A DNA stretch of 64,000 nt from an uncultured delta proteobacterium (GTDB lineage Bacteria > Desulfobacterota > WTBG01 > CAIYCZ01 > CAIRTM01): positions 2,281-66,280 of the forward strand of contig CAIRTM010000091.1 in assembly GCA_903881505.1 (NCBI GenBank). Reading direction: 5' to 3'. The notes beneath the pieces were generated by a model that saw nothing but the letters and a program-made list of their open reading frames with translations, had not been told where the DNA came from and did not search any database. The position numbers and the translations under genes are program-made. Shown in pieces: positions 38,164 through 48,698 of the stretch (its first letter is position 1; the number at the start of each line of letters is the position of its first letter).

Positions 38164-39945
38164 TCACTGCACCTGTTCCGGCGCGTCTGCGCGGATGAAA
38201 TAGCAGTAAAACGCGGTGCCTGCCCCGGGGGTGCTTTCGGCCATGATCAGGCCCTTATGCTCCCGGATGATATTCTGCACAATGGAAAGCCCGAGTCCGA
38301 AGCCGCGTTCCTTGGTGGTGTAAAACGGGTCGAAAATGCGGTCAAGGTCGGCGCGCGCAATACCGTCGCCCGTGTCGCGCACCTGCAGCTCAACCCAGTC
38401 GGCGTCGCTGGTGCCGTAGAGCCGCTCGATGTTTGCCGGGCAGGCAAAACCGGTTTCGCGGGTGCGGCATGCGATGTCGATGCGGCCGCCGTCAGGGGTT
38501 GCCTGCGCTGCGTTCAGGAGCAGGTTCCACAGCAGCTGCCGGAACTGCTGCTCATTGGCCTCAATGCAGGCCCGCGGGTCCAGATCATTGTTCAGCGTGA
38601 CGGCGCTCTTGTATTCCGGGCTGTTTCTAAACACCTCCAGGACCTCATCGACCACCGGCTGTATCGCGAGCCGCTGGCGCTCTTTGCCGCCGGGCCGCGC
38701 AAAGCACGAAAAGTCGGCAATCAGCCGGCTGAGATTGCTGCTTTCGCGCACGACAATGTCCATCAGGTGTCCGTCCTCCTCTCCCAGCTGAAGGCTCTGG
38801 CGCAGCACCTGCACCGAGCCGCTGATTGAAGCAAGCGGATTGCGGACTTCGTGGGCAAAGTCCGCGGCCAGGCGCCCCAGGTCGGCCAGGCGGTTCATGC
38901 GCTGCAAAGAGGCCTGCAGTTCCTTCATACCGGTCAAATCCTGAAACGATATAATGATGCCGATTGCCGTCTCGCGGGAGTCGCGCAGGATTGAGATTGA
39001 AAAGCCCAGGAAGCGCTCGGCGCCGCTTGCAATCCTGCAGGTGCGCTCGATGCGCAGCGGGGCCGTGCGGGATTTTTCGTAGAACTGGCTCAGCCCGATG
39101 TCAAGGCCCGGGAACACGAGATCAAAGGGCCTTCCGCGAACCTGCTGCGCAGAAAGCCCGGTTATGTCCGTGGCGGCGCGGTTAAAACCGGCGATGCAGC
39201 GCTGCCGGTCAAGCGTTATCAGCCCGCCGGTAATGCTTTGAATGATATTTTCATTAAGCGCTTCAAGGTTGCTGATATCGACCAGCTGCTGGGCGAGCTT
39301 CTGGCGGGAGCGGCGGTTCTGGTCGGCCAGAAAGCTGGCAAGCAGCCCGACAAGAAAAAACGATGACGTGTTGACGATAATGGGGAAATACAGCGGAACG
39401 CCGGAATAGTTCAACAGCAGCATTTCCGGAGCTATGGGCGATACGACAATGCCGGTGCGCTGCAGCATGACCACGGAACTGTAGAGCATGCTGGCGACCG
39501 CTGCGGCGGCCAGCCCTCCGGTCCAGTACAGCAGGATGCTGGCGGCGATGATTTCGATGCTGAACATGAATGCGAACATGCTGTCGATGCCGCCCGTTGC
39601 CAGCAGCAGCACGGCAATGCACAGCAGGTCAACAGCGATCTGCACGCAGATAAACGGTTTCAGGTCCCTGAGCGCCGGCAGCAGCAGCACGTAGATAAGG
39701 CTCAGCAGGTAGACGCATACCGCAAGGCCGTATATCCAGACAAGTTCGGGCCGCAGCAGCGAATCCCCTCGCCGGAACTGCACAATGGCGACCGTGCCCA
39801 GAAAGAAGGAGGCGACCACCACCCGGCAGAGCATGAACCACTGCAGCCGCCGCCGAAACCAGGGCTGGGCTATCACCCGGACTTTTTCCGGGGGCTGCTC
39901 AGGCTTCAGGGGCAGGGGCCCGGTGCTGTTATTTCTCGATGCCAT
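38164..39945 (-). CDS. pilS: Sensor histidine kinase PilS
   Basis: Multi-TM N-terminus with ATGGIDS, PAS, AHEVRNPL, HATPase. ATG 39945 overlaps the pilR end. Confidence 0.88.
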   Translation of the reverse strand: MASRNNSTGPLPLKPEQPPEKVRVIAQPWFRRRLQWFMLCRVVVASFFLGTVAIVQFRRGDSLLRPELVWIYGLAVCVYLLSLIYVLLLPALRDLKPFICVQIAVDLLCIAVLLLATGGIDSMFAFMFSIEIIAASILLYWTGGLAAAAVASMLYSSVVMLQRTGIVVSPIAPEMLLLNYSGVPLYFPIIVNTSSFFLVGLLASFLADQNRRSRQKLAQQLVDISNLEALNENIIQSITGGLITLDRQRCIAGFNRAATDITGLSAQQVRGRPFDLVFPGLDIGLSQFYEKSRTAPLRIERTCRIASGAERFLGFSISILRDSRETAIGIIISFQDLTGMKELQASLQRMNRLADLGRLAADFAHEVRNPLASISGSVQVLRQSLQLGEEDGHLMDIVVRESSNLSRLIADFSCFARPGGKERQRLAIQPVVDEVLEVFRNSPEYKSAVTLNNDLDPRACIEANEQQFRQLLWNLLLNAAQATPDGGRIDIACRTRETGFACPANIERLYGTSDADWVELQVRDTGDGIARADLDRIFDPFYTTKERGFGLGLSIVQNIIREHKGLIMAESTPGAGTAFYCYFIRADAPEQVQ

Positions 39946-41308
39946 GTTTTTGCAGGCGATAGCGCATGGAGCGGAACGTGATGCCCAGCATTTCAGCGGC
40001 TTTTTTAATCGCACCGCCGGACTGTTTAAGGGCCGCGTCAATGTGGCGGCGCTCGATCCTGTCCAGTATTTCGTCCAGCTTGAGCCCCCCGGGCGGAATG
40101 CCCCCGGGCGCATCGTCCGTCTCAGCCTGGCCCGGCTCCTGGCCCTGCCCGGCAAAAACGTCCGGCAGCATAATGCTGGTTTTGGCCAGGGCCACGCTTT
40201 TTTCAATCAGGTTCTCAAGTTCGCGGACATTGCCGGGAAACGGGCAGTCGCACAGGCAGTCCATGATAAACGGCGATACGGGGCCGACATCCTTGCCCAT
40301 CTCGCGCGCGAATTTGCGGGTGAAAAATTCAACCAGCACGGGAATGTCCTCCCTGCGCTCGCGCAGGGGCGGCAGGTGTATGTTGATAACATTCAGCCGG
40401 TAAAACAGGTCTTCGCGGAAGCGTCCGGCATGCACTTCGGCAGAGAGGTCCTTGTTGGTGGCGGCGATAAACCTGACATCAGTATGGTATTCTTCGGTCG
40501 CGCCGACCGGCGTAAAGGTGCGCTCCTGCACCACGCGCAACAGCTTGACCTGCAGGGTCGGCGGCAGATCCCCCACTTCGTCCAGAAACAGGGTGCCGGT
40601 ATCGGCTGCGTGCAGAAAGCCCTTTTTGTCCTGCTGGGCGCCGGTAAAGGCGCCTTTTTTATAGCCGAACAGCTCGCTTTCAAGCAGGTTTTCAGGAATG
40701 CCGCCGCAGTTGATAACAACGAATGCGTTCTCGCTGCGGCTGCTGTGGTAGTGAATGGCGCGGGCAACCAGCTCCTTGCCGGTACCGGACTCGCCGGTGA
40801 TGAGCACGTTGCTTTTGGCCGCGGCAGCGCGCGGGATAAGGTCGAAAATCTTGCGCATGGCCGGGCTGGATCCGATCATGCCGAACGGTTCGCCGCCGGC
40901 CTGGCCCTGTGCGGCGGGGGAAGCGGCCGCATGTTCTTTTTTGCGGCTCAGGGCTTCATCGATTCTGCGCCGTATGTCCGCGACGTCGAACGGCTTGGTG
41001 ATATAGTCCCAGGCATCCTGGCGCATCGAGTCGCGCGCTGATTCAAGCGATGCAAAGGCGGTAATCATGATGAAGATCGTCTGCGGCGCGAATTCACGCA
41101 CACGGTTCAGCAGGCCGATACCGTCAAGCCTGGGCATTTTGATGTCGGCGATGACGATATCAAACGGCTGCGCCTTGCAGCGCTCAAGGGCTGCAAGGCC
41201 GTCCGGGGCACAGCTTACGTCGAAGCCTTCTCGCTTGAGATAGATAGAGAGCATGTCGCGGATGCTGCGTTCATCATCCACGACGAGGATCGATGCCTTG
41301 GGTGCCAT
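39929..41308 (-). CDS. pilR: Sigma54-dependent response regulator PilR
   Basis: REC domain, GESGTGKE, GAFTGA, FRSMRYRL HTH; next to pilS and pilA. Confidence 0.9.
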   Translation of the reverse strand: MAPKASILVVDDERSIRDMLSIYLKREGFDVSCAPDGLAALERCKAQPFDIVIADIKMPRLDGIGLLNRVREFAPQTIFIMITAFASLESARDSMRQDAWDYITKPFDVADIRRRIDEALSRKKEHAAASPAAQGQAGGEPFGMIGSSPAMRKIFDLIPRAAAAKSNVLITGESGTGKELVARAIHYHSSRSENAFVVINCGGIPENLLESELFGYKKGAFTGAQQDKKGFLHAADTGTLFLDEVGDLPPTLQVKLLRVVQERTFTPVGATEEYHTDVRFIAATNKDLSAEVHAGRFREDLFYRLNVINIHLPPLRERREDIPVLVEFFTRKFAREMGKDVGPVSPFIMDCLCDCPFPGNVRELENLIEKSVALAKTSIMLPDVFAGQGQEPGQAETDDAPGGIPPGGLKLDEILDRIERRHIDAALKQSGGAIKKAAEMLGITFRSMRYRLQKHGIEK

Positions 41309-41472
41309 AGGGTTTCCCGGAGCTGTTTATCTCGATCAACAACTACCATGCGCGCGTTAAAAGGTCAACCGCTCCGGCCTGATTCCGAAGCGGCTGAATT
41401 TGTTTGGCAAATGTGCGGCCCTGCCGTATAATTCATGCACAAACCGCTCCCTTGCAACGGCCGGGCCAGCCT

Positions 41473-42510
41473 ATGACCATCCGAAAAGAACTCGAAGATC
41501 GCGAGCGCGGCATGCTGTCGCCGCGGGCAATGCTCAGCTCGGAAAGCCGGGGCCGGATCGTGCGGGAAAAAGAGTGCGACCTGCGCATGGCATTTCAGCG
41601 CGACCGGGACCGCATCATCCACTCCAAGGCCTTCCGGCGGCTCAAGCATAAAACGCAGGTGTTTTTGATCCCCGGCGGCGATCATTACCGCACGCGCATG
41701 ACCCATACCCTTGAGGTCGCGCAGATCGCGCGCACGATTGCCCGCGCGCTCGCGCTCAACGAAGACCTCTCGGAAGCCATTGCGCTGGGGCATGATCTCG
41801 GGCATACGCCGTTCGGCCATGCCGGCGAGGAGGTGCTCAACGAGATCGTGCCCGGCGGGTTTCGCCACCCCGAGCAGAGCCTGCGGGTGGTTGATGAGAT
41901 CGAGAAGCTGAATTTGACCTTTGAGGTGCGCGACGGCATTCTCAAGCACTCCAAGCGCGGCGGTCCGATTGTCCCCGGCGACCCTGCGCAAAGGGCGCTC
42001 ACGCTCGAAGGCCAGATCGTGCGCGTGGCCGATTCAATCGCCTATCTCAACCATGACCTTGATGACGCCCTGCGCGCGCGGGTGATTAGCCGCAGCGAAC
42101 TCAGGGCCGAAGTGGGCGACAGTCTCGACATGCTCGGCGCCACGCATTCCCAGCGCATCGGGCGGATGGTTCTTGATGTCGTGGACACGACCCTGCAATC
42201 AGGAGTTGACCATATCAGCGCGGGGCCCGGTATGCTGCAGGCCGCCATGTGCCTGCGCGGGTTTCTTGACCGCGAGGTCTATAACGGCGCCGAGGTGCAT
42301 GACGATTTTGTCAAGGCATCCAAGGTCATTCGCGAACTCTATGCCCATTATATGTCATCTCCCGGGGCCTTTGCCCGCGAGGCAGGCAGGACTGCGGGCG
42401 ATGCAGAGCTGCACCGCCTGGTGTGCGATTTTATTTCGGGCATGACCGACCGGTACGCTTTCAAGGCCTATGAAAAAATCTTCCTGCCGCAGCCCTGGCT
42501 GATTGTGTAG
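41473..42510 (+). CDS. dgt: Deoxyguanosinetriphosphate triphosphohydrolase-like HD protein
   Basis: FQRDRDRI, RTRMTHTLEV, HDLGHTPFGHAGE, GMTD. Confidence 0.92.
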   Translation: MTIRKELEDRERGMLSPRAMLSSESRGRIVREKECDLRMAFQRDRDRIIHSKAFRRLKHKTQVFLIPGGDHYRTRMTHTLEVAQIARTIARALALNEDLSEAIALGHDLGHTPFGHAGEEVLNEIVPGGFRHPEQSLRVVDEIEKLNLTFEVRDGILKHSKRGGPIVPGDPAQRALTLEGQIVRVADSIAYLNHDLDDALRARVISRSELRAEVGDSLDMLGATHSQRIGRMVLDVVDTTLQSGVDHISAGPGMLQAAMCLRGFLDREVYNGAEVHDDFVKASKVIRELYAHYMSSPGAFAREAGRTAGDAELHRLVCDFISGMTDRYAFKAYEKIFLPQPWLIV

Positions 42511-42856
42511 GCCTTAGCCGTCACCGTTTTGAAAGCCTGCTTTTTGCAGCCGGCCTGCCTGCGACTGCCCTGGCGGCCTTCAGCTTTTTCCCCGGGCGTG
42601 CTGCTTGCTTTCTGTTAGAGATGATTTTGTTTTTAACCTGCCGTGAAGCTGACATGCGTTACCTTCTGTGCGGTGCATGACTGGCACACTCCTCCGGGCG
42701 CTGAAACCTTCGGCCCGGCAGATCAGAAGCTTATTTTGTATATATCCGGATCCAATCCGCTCGTGTGCAGGATAAAAACTTTTAGTGCGTGCGCTCACGC
42801 CCGGCAGCACAATATTTGCCTTGACTATAAAGGAACATGAACAGTATTATTGCAGC

Positions 42857-43162
42857 ATGCCGCGGATTATTGCGATTCTATTTGAAGATGACCCGGATGC
42901 CGCCTATATCGCCGTGGAGCTTGACAGTCCTGAGGAGCCCGAAATACTGTTCATGAAAGGCCCGGGCTTTGAGAAGCGGATGGGGCCGTTCCCCCTGCCG
43001 TATGCTGAAGCGACGTTCAGCAGATGGAACTACCGCCGGGTCAAAAATCCCCCACATGTTGCCCTCAATGACGCCCGGGCGCTGCTCAGCGCCATGCGCA
43101 GGTTGAAACCCGATCGCAACGGCGGGGCCGTAAGTGTTTCCGGCCGGGAAGAACGGGCATGA
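42857..43162 (+). CDS. Hypothetical protein
   Basis: Intergenic ORF with plausible globular composition; start chosen at ATG 42857. Confidence 0.55.
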   Translation: MPRIIAILFEDDPDAAYIAVELDSPEEPEILFMKGPGFEKRMGPFPLPYAEATFSRWNYRRVKNPPHVALNDARALLSAMRRLKPDRNGGAVSVSGREERA

Positions 43163-43283
43163 GGCCGGCATCGTATCCATTACACTCCCCGGCACCGCGC
43201 ACGAGGTGTGCTGCCGTGCATCTGCAGACGGTGCGGCGCGCCCTGAGCCGGCGCTGTCAGGGAACAGATCAAGAGGTTTGTCG

Positions 43284-44831
43284 ATGAATTTATTCAGTGC
43301 GCTTTCCCGCTCGCGCGCAAAAGAAAACGAGCAGAAAAAAATGATTATCAATGTGGTGCACCAGGACGAAAGCCGGGTCGCCATCATTGAAAACGGAAAG
43401 CTGCAGGACCTTTCCATAGAAACCACCAGCCGCGAAAAACTGCGCGGCAACATTTATAAGGGGAAAGTGCAGCGGGTCGAGCCGAGCCTGTATGCGGCCT
43501 TTGTCGAGTACGGCGGCAAACGCCCCGGCTTTCTGCCGCTCGACGATGTCATGCCGCAGTACCGGCATGAGTCCGAGCGCGCAAGCAAGGGCAAGATACC
43601 TCCGGGGAAGGTGCTGCATAAAAATCAGGAAATTCTCGTGCAGGTCACCAAGGACGAGAAGGCCAACAAGGGCGCTGCGCTGACGACCTATATCTCCCTG
43701 CCCGGCCGCTACCTGGTCCTGATGCCCGGCTACAACCGCACGGGCATTTCACGCAAAATCGAGGATACCGATGAGCGCAAAAAGCTGAAGGACATCGGGC
43801 GCGAACTGAGCGTGCCCGAAGACATGGGATTTATCATCAGGACGGCCGGGCTCAACAAGGGCAAAAAAGAGCTGCAGGCCGACGCGAACTACCTGGTGCG
43901 CCTGTGGGGCGCCGTGCAGGCCCGGGCCGCCGAGCTGCCGCCGGCCAGCCTTGTGTATCAGGAAAGCAGCATGGTGATTCAGGCTATCCGCGATTATTAC
44001 ACCACGGATATTTCCGAAGTGCTGATTGACAATGCGGACGTCTTCCGCAAGGTGCGCGAATTTTTCAAGCAGGTCATTCCCAAGCATCAGAAAAGCGTCC
44101 GGCTCTACGAAGGCCGCGAGCCCGTGTTTCAGAAATACGGCATTGAGGAACAGATCGAGCCCCTGTATGAGCGGGTGGTGCAGCTTAAATCGGGAGGGCG
44201 GCTGTGCATTGACCCGACCGAGGCGCTCGTGTCAATCGATGTCAACAGCGGGCGCTTCACCCGTGTGAAGGATCCGGAGGAATCGGCGCTGATCACCAAC
44301 ATGGAGGCTGCCGATGAAATCGCGCGGCAGCTGCGCCTGCGCGACCTGGGCGGGCTGATCGTGATTGACTTCATCGACATGCGCCAGGGCAAAAACCGCC
44401 AGCAGGTCGAACGCCAGCTCCGGGCCGCGTTTAAATCCGACAAGGCCAATATCGAAATCGCCGCGATTTCAAAATTCGGCCTGTTGGAGATGAGCCGCGA
44501 GCATCTGCGCTCGCCCCTGTCCGACTCAAGCCACCGCGAATGCTCGCACTGCAACGGAACGGGGCGGGTGCGCTCGCGCGAAAATATCGCCCGGGCGGCT
44601 CTGCGCGACATCACCGCGCGCGCCAGCGGAGGCGGGCTTGCAACGCTCAGCCTGCGCCTTGCCCCCGAGGCGGCCGAGTATATGCACAACAGCCTGCGCC
44701 GCGAAATCTGCGAAATTGAAAAGCGCTTTTCCGTGCGCGTCAGCATAAGCGGTGACAGCGCGGTTTCAATGAATACCTACACGCTTGAGCAGACGGAAGC
44801 ACAGCCAACCGGCCCGCAGAATCCGGCCTGA
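43284..44831 (+). CDS. Ribonuclease E/G family
   Basis: GNIYKG, KGAALT, IDVNSG, GGLIVIDFIDM, CxxC zinc link; no long C-terminal scaffold. Confidence 0.93.
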   Translation: MNLFSALSRSRAKENEQKKMIINVVHQDESRVAIIENGKLQDLSIETTSREKLRGNIYKGKVQRVEPSLYAAFVEYGGKRPGFLPLDDVMPQYRHESERASKGKIPPGKVLHKNQEILVQVTKDEKANKGAALTTYISLPGRYLVLMPGYNRTGISRKIEDTDERKKLKDIGRELSVPEDMGFIIRTAGLNKGKKELQADANYLVRLWGAVQARAAELPPASLVYQESSMVIQAIRDYYTTDISEVLIDNADVFRKVREFFKQVIPKHQKSVRLYEGREPVFQKYGIEEQIEPLYERVVQLKSGGRLCIDPTEALVSIDVNSGRFTRVKDPEESALITNMEAADEIARQLRLRDLGGLIVIDFIDMRQGKNRQQVERQLRAAFKSDKANIEIAAISKFGLLEMSREHLRSPLSDSSHRECSHCNGTGRVRSRENIARAALRDITARASGGGLATLSLRLAPEAAEYMHNSLRREICEIEKRFSVRVSISGDSAVSMNTYTLEQTEAQPTGPQNPA

Positions 44832-44864
44832 GACAGGCGCCCTTCGCTGTACAACACTGCTGCC

Positions 44865-47039
44865 ATGAGCAATCCCGCCGACAGGGAAACCGTCCACATC
44901 ACCTCGTGCCCGCATGACTGCGGCGGCCGCTGCGTACTGAAAGTGCATGTGCGGGGAGGCCGCGTCCGCCGCATTGAAACCGACGAAGGAGAAGAGCCGC
45001 AGCTGAGAGCCTGCGCGCGCGGACGGGCGTACCGGCAGCGCCTCTACGCTCCGGACCGCGTGCAAACCCCGCTGCGGCGCACGGGCAAACGCGGCCAGGG
45101 CGCCTTTGAACCGGTCTCCTGGGATGCGGCCCTGGATGAGGTGGCCGGCCGCATGCTCGACATCCGCCGGCGCCGCGGCAACGAGGCGATCATGTACATC
45201 GCCTACTCGGGCAACACGGGCACGTTTCTGCACAGCCAGCTCGGCGTGTTCCGGCTGCTGACCCTGTTCGGCGGGTTTACCCCCTGCTGGGGCTCTGCCT
45301 CGTTCTGGGGCAGCCTTTTTTCATCGGAAGCGACCTACGGCACGCTTGTTGCCGGGCACACGCCCGATGACATTCTCAAAGCGAAATTGATCCTGATGTG
45401 GGGCTGGAACCCGGCCGAGACCGTTCAAAAGACGAATACGGCCTGGTATCTCGCCCGGGCCCGCGAGCAGGGAACCCATATCGTGGCGATCGATCCGCGC
45501 TTCACGGATTCGGCAGCCGCGTTCGCCCGGCAGTGGGTTCCGATCCGGCCCGGCACGGACACGGCCATGCTTATCGCCATGGCGCATGTCATGATCACCG
45601 GAGATCTCTACGACCGGGCGTTTATAGAAAAATATACAAGCGGGTTCGGGCAGTTTAAGGACTATGTGCTGGGCGCTGCGGACGGCATCCCGAAAACACC
45701 CGCATGGGCCGCGGCTATTACCGGGGTTGCCGAAGAAAAGATCGCCGCTCTCGCCCGGCTCTATGCAACGATGAAGCCGGCCAAGCTGCTGACCCTGGGC
45801 GCGCCGGGACGCAGCGCCTTCGGCGAGCAGTTTCACCGGGCCGCCGCGACGCTGGCCGCCATGACCGGCAACATCGGCATCTACGGCGGCGAGCCGGCCG
45901 GGTTCGGGCTGGCGCCGGCCGGACTCAAGCCCGAGGCCGGAACAGGCCTGATCGCGCGGCGCATGCCGGGCAACCTGCCCGAGGGCGCGCGCCAGCGCAG
46001 GGCGATTCATATTACAAAACTCTGGGACGCGATCCTTGCCGGCTCTCAGGGCGGCTACGGCGCTGATTACAAAATGGCCTATATCACCAACGCCAATCCC
46101 GTCAACCAGTTCATGAACAGCAACCGCGCGGCAGAGGCGCTTTCAAGCCTCGAGTTCGTGGTGGTGCACGAACAGGTGCTCACGGCAACGGCCCGCTATG
46201 CCGACATCGTGCTGCCGGTCAACACGCATTTAGAGCGCAACGACATCATCCGCCCCTGGCAGGGCGGGCCCTACTGTATCTATATGAAACAGCTGGTCGA
46301 ATCCCTGCACGAATCAAAGTCCGACCTTGACATCTGCCGCCTGCTCGCGCCCCGGCTCGGCATCGACTCCTACGGCGACATGAGCGATGAAGACTGGCTG
46401 CGTGAATTCTGGCAGGAGGCGCGCGGCATGACGCACGGCGAGGAATTGCCCGACTATGACCGGTTCAGGGAAATGGGCCTGCACCGCATGCAGCGCGAAA
46501 AACCCGCAATCGCATTCGAACAACTTGCTGCTGAAAAACCATTCAATACCCCCTCTGGAAGGATTGAAATTTATTCAACCACAATCGCGGACCGTCATGA
46601 CCCGCAGCTTCCGCCGATTCCGACCTGGATCGAGCCGTGGGAAGGGCCGCAGGCGGCACGCGAAGGCGCCTACCCCCTGCAGCTCATCAGCACGCACTCC
46701 AAGCGCCGCATCCACTCCAACATGCATACGGTCTCATGGCTGCGCGATCTTGAGCCGCATACGGTCTGGATCAACCCTGTTGACGCGCGCGCGCGCGGCA
46801 TTTGCAACGGCGGCCGCGTGCGGGTGTTCAATGACCGCGGCGCCGTTGCGATAGAAGCACGCGTAACCGGCCGCATCATGCCCGGCGTGGTCAGTATGGG
46901 CCAGGGCGCCTGGTATCAGCCGGATGAAAACGGCATTGACCGGGGCGGCTGCGTGAACGTGCTGCTTAACGACACACATTCGCCGGCCGGCGCATTCTGC
47001 AGCAACAGCTGCCTGGTGGAAATAACAAGGGAGCCGTAG
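44865..47039 (+). CDS. DMSO reductase family molybdopterin oxidoreductase, DmsA-like, no Tat signal
   Basis: CPHDCGGRC...C iron-sulfur motif, WGWNPAET, RPGTDTA, ADIVLP, C-terminal dinucleotide-binding domain. Confidence 0.88.
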   Translation: MSNPADRETVHITSCPHDCGGRCVLKVHVRGGRVRRIETDEGEEPQLRACARGRAYRQRLYAPDRVQTPLRRTGKRGQGAFEPVSWDAALDEVAGRMLDIRRRRGNEAIMYIAYSGNTGTFLHSQLGVFRLLTLFGGFTPCWGSASFWGSLFSSEATYGTLVAGHTPDDILKAKLILMWGWNPAETVQKTNTAWYLARAREQGTHIVAIDPRFTDSAAAFARQWVPIRPGTDTAMLIAMAHVMITGDLYDRAFIEKYTSGFGQFKDYVLGAADGIPKTPAWAAAITGVAEEKIAALARLYATMKPAKLLTLGAPGRSAFGEQFHRAAATLAAMTGNIGIYGGEPAGFGLAPAGLKPEAGTGLIARRMPGNLPEGARQRRAIHITKLWDAILAGSQGGYGADYKMAYITNANPVNQFMNSNRAAEALSSLEFVVVHEQVLTATARYADIVLPVNTHLERNDIIRPWQGGPYCIYMKQLVESLHESKSDLDICRLLAPRLGIDSYGDMSDEDWLREFWQEARGMTHGEELPDYDRFREMGLHRMQREKPAIAFEQLAAEKPFNTPSGRIEIYSTTIADRHDPQLPPIPTWIEPWEGPQAAREGAYPLQLISTHSKRRIHSNMHTVSWLRDLEPHTVWINPVDARARGICNGGRVRVFNDRGAVAIEARVTGRIMPGVVSMGQGAWYQPDENGIDRGGCVNVLLNDTHSPAGAFCSNSCLVEITREP

Positions 47040-47052
47040 GCGGATACTACAC

Positions 47053-47607
47053 ATGCAACGCGGATTTTATTTTGACCAGTCACGCTGCACCGGCTGCTAT
47101 GCCTGCGAAATCGCATGCCGCGACTGGCACGACATCCAGGATACAAGCGTGAAATGGCGCAGGGTAACGGCAACCGAACAGGGCGCCTACCCGGATGTGC
47201 AGCTTTCCTATATATCGCTTTCCTGCCTGCACTGCGCCGATCCCGCCTGCCGCGGGGCCTGCCCGGCCGATGCCATTCACAAGCGCGAATCAGACGGCAC
47301 CATGCTGGTTGATGCCGACACCTGCCTCGGCGCCGATGCCTGCGGTGCCTGCCGCAGCGCCTGCCCGTACAACGCGCCGCAGTTCGGCCCCGGGCCAGAA
47401 GCGAAAATGCAGATGTGCACCATGTGCCATGAGCGCCTTGAGCAGGGCAAGCAGCCGGTGTGCGTTGCCGCCTGCCCCATGCGCGCCCTTGACTGCGGCG
47501 AGATGGCGGAGCTTCAAAAAAAATACGGGGCATGCAGCGAGGCCCGCGGATTTGCATGCAGCGTCCGGACGCGGCCCTCTATTATTATAAAGCCGCGCTA
47601 TGAATAA
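47053..47607 (+). CDS. DmsB-like 4x[4Fe-4S] subunit
   Basis: CTGCYACEIAC, CLHCADPAC, CTMC...CVAACP. Confidence 0.9.
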   Translation: MQRGFYFDQSRCTGCYACEIACRDWHDIQDTSVKWRRVTATEQGAYPDVQLSYISLSCLHCADPACRGACPADAIHKRESDGTMLVDADTCLGADACGACRSACPYNAPQFGPGPEAKMQMCTMCHERLEQGKQPVCVAACPMRALDCGEMAELQKKYGACSEARGFACSVRTRPSIIIKPRYE

Positions 47608-47635
47608 AGGCTTTAACCCTTACGGAGGATAACGC

Positions 47636-48670
47636 ATGAAAGCACTGTGCTATACACGGCCTCTTGAAATCGGCGAGCTTGAGGCAAGCCTTGATATGCA
47701 TGAGGTGGATGTGCCTGAGCCTGCACAAGGCCAGCTGCTTGTTCGCATGCGCGCCACCAGCATTAACATAGATGATATCCATATCGCCGAGGGCACGTTT
47801 TTCGGGGGGCTGGGCAAGTCGCGCGCATCTGCGGAGAAGCCGGTTACGCCCGGGGTTGATGTTGCCGGCATCGTTGAAAAAGTCGGAAGCGGGGCGACCG
47901 TGTTCCAGGTCGGCGACGCGGTCGTCGGCATACTCGGCCCGAAAGCGGGCCGCGGCGCCTGGGCCGAATACTGCTGCCTGTCAGCGGCCATGGCCGTCAA
48001 AAAGCCTGAAGGCTACAGCTTCGGGGAGGCTGCGGCCTGCGCGGTTGCCGGCAAAACCGCGGCAAACGCCGTGGGCAGCGCAGCTCTCCAGCCCGGCCAG
48101 ACGGCTGTGGTCGTGGGAGCATCAGGCGGCATCGGCTCGACCATCGTGCAGATTCTGGCCTGCGGGGGCGTGCGCGTGACCGGCGTGTGCAGCGGCCGCA
48201 ACGCGGCCCTGGTCGGCTCGCTGGGCGCTGAAACCATTGTTGACTATACGCTCGGCCCGTTCGGCGAACAGCTCGCCGGCCAGAAATTCGATGTGGTGAT
48301 TGACTGTGTGGGCGGCCGCGACACAGAGCGGCAGGCCCTGCTCGTGCTCAAAAAAACCGGCCGGTTCGTTACCCTTGTCGGGCCGCACCGCTTTGTCGGG
48401 GAAACCCGCATCGGCATGCCGGGCATTCTCGGCATGATAGGCTACGTGGTCCGCAGGGTTATGCTCTCAAAGCTCTCGGGGCCGCGCTATATCCTGGCCG
48501 GCGTGGGCAACTCGCTCGAGCCCATGGAAAAACTGGTACTCAATAACAACATCAGGGCCTCAATCGACCGCGAGGTGCCGTTTGAGCGTGATGCCGTGCG
48601 CGAGGGAGTGGCGCACGTGCGCAGCCACCGCGCCAGCGGCAAAGTGGTGATCAAGATTGCCCGGGACTGA
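47636..48670 (+). CDS. NAD(P)-dependent MDR oxidoreductase (quinone oxidoreductase-like)
   Basis: PGVDVAG, GASGGIG, GKVVI. Confidence 0.85.
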   Translation: MKALCYTRPLEIGELEASLDMHEVDVPEPAQGQLLVRMRATSINIDDIHIAEGTFFGGLGKSRASAEKPVTPGVDVAGIVEKVGSGATVFQVGDAVVGILGPKAGRGAWAEYCCLSAAMAVKKPEGYSFGEAAACAVAGKTAANAVGSAALQPGQTAVVVGASGGIGSTIVQILACGGVRVTGVCSGRNAALVGSLGAETIVDYTLGPFGEQLAGQKFDVVIDCVGGRDTERQALLVLKKTGRFVTLVGPHRFVGETRIGMPGILGMIGYVVRRVMLSKLSGPRYILAGVGNSLEPMEKLVLNNNIRASIDREVPFERDAVREGVAHVRSHRASGKVVIKIARD

Positions 48671-48698
48671 TGACACACATCAGCGCAGTCGCGGCAAA

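Noticed and set aside
39946-40206. Extended PilS start
   Set aside because: It overlaps the PilR C-terminus in another frame. ATG 39945 gives a normal coupled start.
39785-41041. Long antisense ORFs (also 3193-4185, 5984-6982, 18273-19199, 61338-62501 and others)
   Set aside because: They are shadows of well-supported genes on the opposite strand, common in GC-rich DNA, and show no recognisable motifs.
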